IMG/VR virus record: IMGVR_UViG_3300045806_000063
Location: 96,001-160,000 of that record
Origin: a virus
DNA: 64,000 nt
Direction: 5' to 3' (one strand)
Every line of letters begins with the position of its first letter. Within the stretch, counting starts at the first letter, position 1. The notes under the pieces were generated by a model. The model ran no database searches. It was not told the DNA's origin and saw only the letters and a list, made by a program, of their open reading frames with translations. The position numbers and the translations under genes were made by a program. This document shows, piece after piece, positions 47,445 through 54,729 of this stretch.

Positions 47445-47824
47445 AGACTAAGAAAACTACCTTTACTGTCCCTCTGTACAACCTTTACTCAGTATATTCC
47501 ACTTACCTTAAACCGTTTTTCAATCTATCTCTAATAGCGGACGTTGATTACTTTCTCGGTAATCAACTACTTGTTGGGTTAAGGATGCGAGTACCCGATG
47601 AGTTAGTAAAGTGTAATCTGCAAGATCATGTGACTAGAGAGGTACTTGCCTTATTTCTAGATAAGCTAATTCTGACAATAAAAGCTATCGAAGATGAAGT
47701 TTTAGTTTATACAAAAGGTTATATCATTGTCAATTATGAAATTAAAAACAACCAACTACTGGTAACAACTGTAACTTATCAGTATATTAAAAGGGGGAAA
47801 GATGGCTCAAGTGATAGTATATAG
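47420..47824 (+). CDS. Hypothetical protein
   Basis: 134-aa ORF. Confidence 0.6.
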   Translation: MHMSHKGIKTKKTTFTVPLYNLYSVYSTYLKPFFNLSLIADVDYFLGNQLLVGLRMRVPDELVKCNLQDHVTREVLALFLDKLILTIKAIEDEVLVYTKGYIIVNYEIKNNQLLVTTVTYQYIKRGKDGSSDSI

Positions 47825-48227
47825 TCAAGTTCAAGAAAATGATGTAGTATCATTCACTACCTATGGATCTACCGTAGTATCAAATGTGGTAAATGCCACT
47901 GTGTTAGCTATTGAGTCTGGATATGGACTAATCAATCCTAGCACCGCTGCTGCTAACTCAGCTAGCATTTATGCGTCCCTACCCGTCACTCCAGGGATTG
48001 TATTATCGCAGGACTTTCGAAGCTACAGCTACCTTAGATTAAAGCTTCAAGACAATACACAAGTTGAAATAGCTAGTCCTTGGATTAACCCAGCTAGTTT
48101 GACAAGGTTAGTCCGTCAGACGGGCACATTTGTTATTCCAGATATGGATCAAAGTGAGGTTACCTCCATTTTGAACCTGTTAACATCCAATGGATATGTC
48201 AATGCATCCTTGGCTTCTCTCGTGTGA
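47802..48227 (+). CDS. Conserved jumbo-phage protein upstream of DNA polymerase, probably virion
   Basis: DVVSFTTYGSTV...YSYLRLKL...ASPWINPASL. Confidence 0.6.
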   Translation: MAQVIVYSQVQENDVVSFTTYGSTVVSNVVNATVLAIESGYGLINPSTAAANSASIYASLPVTPGIVLSQDFRSYSYLRLKLQDNTQVEIASPWINPASLTRLVRQTGTFVIPDMDQSEVTSILNLLTSNGYVNASLASLV

Positions 48228-48250
48228 ATGAATTAAATATTACGAAACCA

Positions 48251-48284
48251 TTACCCTCCATACTTTGATTAGTATGGAGGGTAA
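48251..48284 (+). promoter_or_regulatory. 14-bp hairpin whose 3' arm contains the DNA polymerase RBS
   Basis: TTACCCTCCATACT-TTGATT-AGTATGGAGGGTAA, ATG at 48288, no T-tract. Confidence 0.6.
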
Positions 48285-48287
48285 CCC

Positions 48288-50540
48288 ATGTACGAAAGTA
48301 AACCATTAACGCATAACAGAGATCTTTTTATACAAGATCCTAGCTGTTATACTCGTAACTTAGAAATAGTAGAAGAGGCTATACAAACTGCTGCACATTT
48401 CTTAAATCTTAAAACTGAAAAACCTCTAGAAGAATGTCTGGCATATATGCGTGCCACTACCGCTGAAGGTGGTAAAAGAGAACTTAAACCAATTTCAGTT
48501 AAGGGATTAAGACAAGCTGATAATGGCGATAGAGTTAAAAGCTCTATTAAAATAGATAAACTACTGAGAATAATAAAAAGAAATAACCATATTTTATCAC
48601 CAAATATGGCAGTGTATATGTCGCCTAAGGTGAAGCGTTCACCTATTGTGATATATATTAGAACCAAGATGGCTAAACGTAAGGTAGTTAAAAAGAAAGG
48701 TCAAGAAGCAGAACAGCTTAATGACTTTGAAATGTTTGCAGCTTGCAATAATGAAGAGTATGCAATCAAGCTATTATTAAACTCCATATCCGGCGCTCAT
48801 GCATCCCCATACAACCCTCTATGGAACGAGTCAGCGCACAGTACGCTGACATCTATGGCAAGGGTCAATGTATCTTATCCAAATGCCTCTACTGAAAGAT
48901 TTTTAATGGGTAATCGACATTACTGGTCTAAGGATGTGGTACTTGAAAACATTTTAACAATTACTCGTAATACTGATTACGCTAATCTTGAAACTGTTAT
49001 AGCCAAATATTATATCCATATACCGTCAGTAGATGAAGTTATGGTGATGATTAAAAGAGCTACTGACTTATACTGGACTAGCAAAAGGGATTTAAATGCG
49101 ATACAGGATTTAGTAGAGAAACTTTCTCCTATCCAACGGACAGCTTACCTATACACTGGTGACTTTTATAGCTTATATCAGTTAAATGAATCCCTAGTAC
49201 GGAACATGTTCGAAGACTTATTAAATGTTCAGTCGTATATAGATGAGACTGCTTCAGATGAGTATCTCGATAAGATTGTTTATGGAGTAAATTCCGGTAT
49301 AGGTTCTTTGGCTTGTGTGTATTGTGAAAAGTTCTTTAGAGGTTCCACTTTATCAAAAGTAAAGAGTGGTTCAAGAGAAAATTATGTAGAGTATGCTAAC
49401 ACTATTCTTCATATTGAATTCACTCTATTAAACTATTCAGATCTTTTAACCACTCTGTATAGGACTAATAATCTTCCATCGTCAATTTTTAGATTCCCAT
49501 CATCAATACGTCGTGCCGTTATAGGATCTGATACAGATTCTGTAATGTATACTGTCCAACAACAAGTGATCTGGTATTATGGTAAGATTATGTTTGGACC
49601 TAAGATAAGTATGTTTTCAAACACTATGTCGTTCTTAAACAATATGGTTATCGATCACTGTTTAGCCGTAACAGCTAAGCAGATGGGGGTAGATGATGAC
49701 GATCTATTTACCTTAAGAATGAAGAATGAGTTTGAGTTTATTGTGTATGCTAAAGCTAACCGAGCTAAGCATTATGGTACATTAATGACCATGAAAGAAG
49801 GTATCGTTTTCAAAGAGCCTAAAAGTGAAATTAAAGGAGTAGGTCTTAAGGATTCAAAGATACCAAAATACGTAATGAAGTCATTAGAGGAAGAGTTAGT
49901 AAGGGTGATGATAGAGCTAGTAGAAAATGAAAACATTTCTATCTTTCCTGTAATGCAAAAAATAGCTAACCTTGAACATCTGGTACACCAATCATTATTA
50001 AGAGGTGAGATAACTTATATGGTTGGTGTGAACATTAATAGTGAAGACGGGTATAAAAAACCAGACTCAAGTAATTACCTTCATTACAAGCTATGGAGAG
50101 ATGTGTTTGCTAAGAAATTTGGCACTGTATCAGAGCCACCTTATCGTGCTATTAAGGTATCGACAATAGTCAAATCTCCATCCCAGTTTAAATTATGGGC
50201 GGATTCTATAAATGAGGATATATCAGCTCCATTAATTCTCTGGATGACAGAGAATAATAAAAAAGGCTTCACTCAGATACTCCTACCTTTGGAAATCGTC
50301 TCTAGTGGACTACCGAAAGAGTTTATGAGTTTGATTAACATGCGGGCAACTGTTGCGTCCATTAGTAAAGGTTACTATATACTCCTTGAAACATTAGGTA
50401 TGTATTTTGGTAATAAACACAATACCCAGTTAGTATCTGACAAATTACCGTATAGACCTGAGTATGGTTTACCTGGTGGGGAATTAGATCTGACATTAAA
50501 TTCAATGGAAAATGAGGAGGAAGATGATTATATAGAGTAA
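48288..50540 (+). CDS. Family B DNA polymerase, polymerase part (phiKZ gp50-like)
   Basis: KLLLNSISGA, HSTLTSMAR, TERFLMGNRHY, SDTDS, MKNEF, RAKHY, EIKGVGLK. Confidence 0.9.
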   Translation: MYESKPLTHNRDLFIQDPSCYTRNLEIVEEAIQTAAHFLNLKTEKPLEECLAYMRATTAEGGKRELKPISVKGLRQADNGDRVKSSIKIDKLLRIIKRNNHILSPNMAVYMSPKVKRSPIVIYIRTKMAKRKVVKKKGQEAEQLNDFEMFAACNNEEYAIKLLLNSISGAHASPYNPLWNESAHSTLTSMARVNVSYPNASTERFLMGNRHYWSKDVVLENILTITRNTDYANLETVIAKYYIHIPSVDEVMVMIKRATDLYWTSKRDLNAIQDLVEKLSPIQRTAYLYTGDFYSLYQLNESLVRNMFEDLLNVQSYIDETASDEYLDKIVYGVNSGIGSLACVYCEKFFRGSTLSKVKSGSRENYVEYANTILHIEFTLLNYSDLLTTLYRTNNLPSSIFRFPSSIRRAVIGSDTDSVMYTVQQQVIWYYGKIMFGPKISMFSNTMSFLNNMVIDHCLAVTAKQMGVDDDDLFTLRMKNEFEFIVYAKANRAKHYGTLMTMKEGIVFKEPKSEIKGVGLKDSKIPKYVMKSLEEELVRVMIELVENENISIFPVMQKIANLEHLVHQSLLRGEITYMVGVNINSEDGYKKPDSSNYLHYKLWRDVFAKKFGTVSEPPYRAIKVSTIVKSPSQFKLWADSINEDISAPLILWMTENNKKGFTQILLPLEIVSSGLPKEFMSLINMRATVASISKGYYILLETLGMYFGNKHNTQLVSDKLPYRPEYGLPGGELDLTLNSMENEEEDDYIE

Positions 50541-50642
50541 CGAAATAACTAATCATGTAGTTCAAAAGAAATACAAACATAAATTACCTGATTGATAGAA
50601 AACTCTATCACTCTATTTATTAGCAACTTACGGAAATTCAAA

Positions 50643-50939
50643 ATGAGTAATAAAACGTATCTTGCGACCCCTTATCCTCGTAGAGGCGCTATAGCCTACC
50701 GGTGGTCTGAGTACAGGCAGCGCAACGACGTTGCTGGAACGAGCACTCTGTTTATAACACTGGAGACTCCTAACCCACTTATACTACGTCCACACTACAG
50801 TCTAATAAATGATGATGAGTGTCCTAACACTGGTAGAAGCAACGCAGCTTCCTCATGGGAGGAGACTAAACTAATGTTAGAGGAAAAGTTTCGAGATACC
50901 AAAAATAAGAAACTTAAGGCTAAACTTAGAGGATATTAA
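50643..50939 (+). CDS. Hypothetical protein
   Basis: ATG 50643 preferred. Confidence 0.55.
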   Translation: MSNKTYLATPYPRRGAIAYRWSEYRQRNDVAGTSTLFITLETPNPLILRPHYSLINDDECPNTGRSNAASSWEETKLMLEEKFRDTKNKKLKAKLRGY

Positions 50940-51032
50940 TATCCTCATTTCAAAAAAGTTATAAAGATATATCATTTAAAGGACTTAGTAATTCAGCTAA
51001 GTCCTTTCTAATTAACCCTAAAAGGTGCTACA

Positions 51033-51617
51033 ATGAACACAAATAAAAAACCTACGACTGCTACCGATACCAATATGGTAAACATCTTCATCTGTACCAG
51101 ATACGAGCTATTTATTAGAGTAGCTCTGAAGAATTTGGAGGAAGACTCACTGTCTGTTATTAAGCTACTCGTACCTAAAGCAGTAAGGGATGGTCTCCAG
51201 TTAGATTATAAAGCGACTGACTGGAAATTACCTGAGCCTAATCCCGATACTGCACGAATCGAGGTCTGTGCCAGAATGGGTTTAACCTGGAAACAGTTAG
51301 ACGGGTTAACTCGTAAATACCACTGCAGCCCTAAGGACTACATGGAAGGGGTAAGTTTAACACAACGCCCGTCATTAACAAAGTATACCAAAATCATAGG
51401 ACAGCAAAAAGCCTTAATAGAAGGGAGATTACAGAACAAAAAATTAATAAGCGATGAAGGCTTGGCAGTAATCGAATCCTTCCCTGCGTACCCGCCTGAG
51501 ATGCAGAAAGGTAAGTTTAAAAGGGCTGCAGTAGAGATCTTCGGTATTGACTTTCCGGATTACAGTGTTAATCACCTGAAGGTAATCTACCGGGTCTTTG
51601 TAGGCAACTACCGGTAA
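51033..51617 (+). CDS. Hypothetical protein
   Basis: 194 aa, promoter-like ATATATCATT near 50968. Confidence 0.7.
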   Translation: MNTNKKPTTATDTNMVNIFICTRYELFIRVALKNLEEDSLSVIKLLVPKAVRDGLQLDYKATDWKLPEPNPDTARIEVCARMGLTWKQLDGLTRKYHCSPKDYMEGVSLTQRPSLTKYTKIIGQQKALIEGRLQNKKLISDEGLAVIESFPAYPPEMQKGKFKRAAVEIFGIDFPDYSVNHLKVIYRVFVGNYR

Positions 51618-51670
51618 ATGGTTGCATAACACTATTCGACAAAATCAACTATAAACTAATTTGGTGTTTT

Positions 51671-51913
51671 ATGAAAAACAAAAGTAAAATCATTACCATA
51701 CTGGAAGGAGTGATGTTCCTAGGTGCCATTAGCCTCATAGCAATGGCTCTTGGCATCACTTCAGGAGTGACTTCTGATACTGAAACATACTGGGACTGGT
51801 CTGGATTAGTCAGTGTCCATTGTGTTGATGATGTTAAGTGGTCTACTGTAAACGGTAGACCGACTCAGATAGTAAACTCAGAAGGACTTCCAATAACTTG
51901 CCATGTAAACTGA
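51671..51913 (+). CDS. Small membrane-anchored protein
   Basis: N-terminal TM then a Cys-containing beta domain. Confidence 0.6.
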   Translation: MKNKSKIITILEGVMFLGAISLIAMALGITSGVTSDTETYWDWSGLVSVHCVDDVKWSTVNGRPTQIVNSEGLPITCHVN

Positions 51914-51974
51914 TGGCGATTATAGGACTCGATGGAGCTAGTCTACAGTAGAGTACCGGAGTAAATACTATATA

Positions 51975-52010
51975 CATATCACCGTTTCCCATATGGGAAA
52001 CGGTGATATG
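51975..52010. terminator. 36-bp perfect palindrome centred on CATATG between convergent genes
   Basis: CATATCACCGTTTCCCATATGGGAAACGGTGATATG. Confidence 0.7.
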
Positions 52011-52014
52011 GTAC

Positions 52015-53076
52015 TTAAGTACTAAATTTTTCTTTTATTTCATTATACTTAGCTAAACATGTAGTTCTCATGTTGTCATCCATCTGTCCAAGATAATGGT
52101 TGTTCTTAATTAACCTATCCACTCTATGAAGAATTGTTAGGATATTAGTGCTATTACCAAAATCTTTATCAAACAAATAGGTTATGGGGTATGCCCAATT
52201 CACAAATGTATAAAATGTAACCCAATAACTATAGCTGTCTAAAGATGCTATACTCATCGGTAAAGCCGATAAATAATCAGAGCTATAGATCATAGGGATT
52301 TCTGCTAATCCCTTAAGGTAAGGCTTATTACTGCCTTTAATGGCACTTAGGATACGAACTACGGATAAGTCTATTGTTGTTTCGTATCCCTGTATAAAAC
52401 CACGCTCATATCTCTCTTTAGGGACTGGTTCTCCTCTAGATAAGTACGGTAATCTATTCCTTATAGCAATGTCATAATATTCGACTACCATTAATGGTAA
52501 TACGTACTTTGAAATAAACTCAGATAAGTTCTCCCTAGCTCCTTCAGTCTTTTTATTATTTTGAATTAACCATCCTTTTAACTTATAAGCGAATAAAGGA
52601 AGATCTATCCCGATTACTGTAGTGGTATTAGGAATAACAGAAGCCCTATCAACTGGAGGTATAAAGATCTCTAAAGTCGTATAGGGGTGATCTAATACTC
52701 GAATAGCTCTCACCTCTTCCCATGGAGTAGTAATGAATTGATCTGGGAAGGTAGTGGCTATAATAGCATTAGTCTCAGAATAAATCACATTACGATGTAA
52801 TGCTCCAAACCCTGTAATATTTGTAATGTGTAATGGATTACATATCCTAGCTACTGAGTCATCTACCATAGAGTATACGTCTGAATGATGCAGATAGGGT
52901 GATAGCGCGTAACATAGTTTCTTGAATAAGTGGTCACTGGAAACTACTGTACCAGCTACCTGCTGTAGAGATGTTTGATAAGACACTCTAGCATTAATTA
53001 GATCTCTGATTCTACCAAGTAACATACTGTTGAGTGTTCCATAGTTTGCTACAGGTCTTATGAATAACCTATACAT
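52015..53076 (-). CDS. Conserved virion protein (phiKZ gp52-like by position)
   Basis: 353 aa; VSSDHLFKKL, AIRVLDHPYT, VIGIDLPL, FISKYVLP; minus strand between DNA pol and chimallin. Confidence 0.65.
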   Translation of the reverse strand: MYRLFIRPVANYGTLNSMLLGRIRDLINARVSYQTSLQQVAGTVVSSDHLFKKLCYALSPYLHHSDVYSMVDDSVARICNPLHITNITGFGALHRNVIYSETNAIIATTFPDQFITTPWEEVRAIRVLDHPYTTLEIFIPPVDRASVIPNTTTVIGIDLPLFAYKLKGWLIQNNKKTEGARENLSEFISKYVLPLMVVEYYDIAIRNRLPYLSRGEPVPKERYERGFIQGYETTIDLSVVRILSAIKGSNKPYLKGLAEIPMIYSSDYLSALPMSIASLDSYSYWVTFYTFVNWAYPITYLFDKDFGNSTNILTILHRVDRLIKNNHYLGQMDDNMRTTCLAKYNEIKEKFST

Positions 53077-53356
53077 GTTCTATTCTCCTAAGAAGTCATA
53101 GGATGGAAGATAAGATGATTTTGTTAGTGATATTATTATAGTAGTTAGAAATTAAATATTAAATTAATTTCCGTATATATAAATATGGGAGAGGGGGGAT
53201 ACCCCCCCGACCACGACCAGAGAAAAGAATTAAAAGATTTAATAATATTATTAAATAGGGAAAATACAATCAGAGGTATAATCCACCTAGGTGGATTATA
53301 CTCCTTTAGCATGTGCATAGCCACATGCATGGAGATGGTGTGTAACCTCCGCTTAA

Positions 53357-53419
53357 AGCTTACAACATAGTGACTAGGATGACTGCTAGGCAACAACCTA
53401 GCAGCAGTGTAACTTATAA
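53357..53419 (+). repeat. 63-bp direct repeat, left copy, with internal hairpin
   Basis: AGCTTACAACATAGTGACTAGGATGACTGCTAGG-CAACAA-CCTAGCAGCAGTGTAACTTATAA. Confidence 0.9.
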
Positions 53420-53422
53420 TGG

Positions 53423-53518
53423 TATATTCAAATAATTTTCATTTATATATCATCTAGATGAGATTACTAAATAGTGATTCTTAAGTAGTCATTCTTTTAA
53501 TAGCAAATTATATCGGAG
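53423..53518 (+). promoter_or_regulatory. Type A promoter-leader-RBS module, copy 4
   Basis: TATATTCAAATAATTTTCATTTATATATCATCTAGATGAGATTACTAAAT...ATTCTTTTAATAGCAAATTATATCGGAG. Confidence 0.75.
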
Positions 53519-53526
53519 ATAAGATT

Positions 53527-53739
53527 ATGGCATTACACACTGGTGAAGAAAAGGGCTACAAACCAAGAACTCCAAATTTCCGGATCGTCTACAAGTTCCC
53601 CATCCCTGGGGGACAGTGGTACGACAACTGGCCCGAGGAGGTCATTGCCTCCTCAGCTGAGGAGGCAATGCTCCAGGCCTCAAGGGAGGTGCTCAGGGTG
53701 GAGGCGATTCCAGCGGCACAAAACAGGAATCGCGCTTAA
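53527..53739 (+). CDS. Hypothetical protein (70 aa, cassette gene 1)
   Basis: ATG directly after the type A RBS. Confidence 0.7.
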   Translation: MALHTGEEKGYKPRTPNFRIVYKFPIPGGQWYDNWPEEVIASSAEEAMLQASREVLRVEAIPAAQNRNRA

Positions 53740-53813
53740 ATCAAACCCTAGAAGGTTAGCAACCGACTTTCGTCAATTTTAAAGCCGGGAAATCCCGGCA
53801 AGGATTTAACATC

Positions 53814-54218
53814 ATGACCGAAGCTCAGGATGAGATATTCAACCTGACGCAACACGCGGCAACGGCTGACCAAGCCGAAGCTGGTGTTGTTGAACCAGTA
53901 TACAAAGCAGGAATTCAGTCCTGCTTAACGTTCGTAGGCATACCAACTGCCTATGATATTAAAACTAGGGCTAGCAGCTTAGCAGCTAGCGCACGACAAT
54001 CTGGCTGTAAAAAAGCCATGATTGGCGGCGCGCCTTATCTGATGAGCGCGCTGGAAGCTGCGCTCATCAAGGTAGGTGTTACCCCTGTCTACGCTTACTC
54101 AGATAGAGTAAGCGTAGAAACAAGAAACACTGACGGAACAGTCAGCAAGTCAACGGTGTTCAAGCACCTTGGTTTTGTTGAGGTCAGCTTACAACATAGT
54201 GGCTGGGATGACTGCTAG
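53814..54218 (+). CDS. Csx20-like protein, candidate viral cyclic-oligoadenylate ring nuclease
   Basis: IFNLTQHAATADQ...LTFVGIPT...AMIGGAPYLMSALE...PVYAYSDRVSVETRNTDGTVSKSTVFKHLGFVEV, parallel to recalled Csx20 motifs (H-x-x-T-x-DQ; IPVYxTTxR...DG...FKHxxF). Confidence 0.6.
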   Translation: MTEAQDEIFNLTQHAATADQAEAGVVEPVYKAGIQSCLTFVGIPTAYDIKTRASSLAASARQSGCKKAMIGGAPYLMSALEAALIKVGVTPVYAYSDRVSVETRNTDGTVSKSTVFKHLGFVEVSLQHSGWDDC

Positions 54219-54248
54219 GTTGTTGCCTAGCAGCAGTATAACTTATAA
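54186..54248 (+). repeat. 63-bp direct repeat, right copy, hairpin loop inverted
   Basis: AGCTTACAACATAGTGGCTGGGATGACTGCTAGG-TTGTTG-CCTAGCAGCAGTATAACTTATAA; 3 substitutions plus a 6-nt inversion relative to the left copy. Confidence 0.9.
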
Positions 54249-54288
54249 GGGGATTAAATACTACTGTAGTATGTTAGACTGTTGAGTA

Positions 54289-54322
54289 ATTACTCCTTCC
54301 TCGATATCGAGGAAGGAGTAAT
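54289..54322. terminator. 34-bp perfect palindrome centred on GATATC
   Basis: ATTACTCCTTCCTCGATATCGAGGAAGGAGTAAT. Confidence 0.65.
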
Positions 54323-54344
54323 GATGTATTCTTTATTTTTTTTT

Positions 54345-54391
54345 CTTTTAAATCGAAAACATATATTATCTGAGTGATAGTCCGTAGTTAA
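54345..54391 (+). promoter_or_regulatory. Type B promoter module, copy 3
   Basis: 46/47 identical to 22631-22677. Confidence 0.7.
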
Positions 54392-54411
54392 TTAATTTAG
54401 GAGTGGTAGTT

Positions 54412-54645
54412 ATGGCAAGTATGATGGTTAGGCATCTGGTGGTATCTCGTAAGTACATGCATGGTTACAAGGAAGGAGATCGGGTAATTGTTAGGTTGGA
54501 TAGCGGACTGACATTTCATGCGGTTGTTAAGTTATATTCAGTACGCAGGCTAGTAGTACAGGATGTAAGGTATGTTAATGAACTAAGTTGGAGAGGACAG
54601 TTTCTGGTGTCTCCAAAACATATTTTAAATTTAGTAGGGGGATGA
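54412..54645 (+). CDS. Small hypothetical protein (SH3/KOW-like)
   Basis: GYKEGDRVIVRLDSG; AGGAG RBS. Confidence 0.6.
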   Translation: MASMMVRHLVVSRKYMHGYKEGDRVIVRLDSGLTFHAVVKLYSVRRLVVQDVRYVNELSWRGQFLVSPKHILNLVGG

Positions 54646-54729
54646 AATTATGGGAACACAATTTGAACTGACCGAAGAGCAGGATCTGTTACATTGAGTT
54701 ACAATTTTATTAAATTTAGAGGATAGAGA

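Noticed and set aside
53145-53396. ORFs 53185..53370 (+) and 53145..53396 (-)
   Set aside because: Overlap a regulatory region and the direct repeat, and lack a convincing RBS or protein-like composition; unsupported
53543-53782. Alternative-frame 79-aa ORF
   Set aside because: The 53527 frame has the module-supplied RBS and ATG
9055-54391. Repeats and palindromes as a CRISPR array or phage mini-array
   Set aside because: No regularly spaced 25-45-bp repeats with spacers; copies are kilobases apart and precede genes
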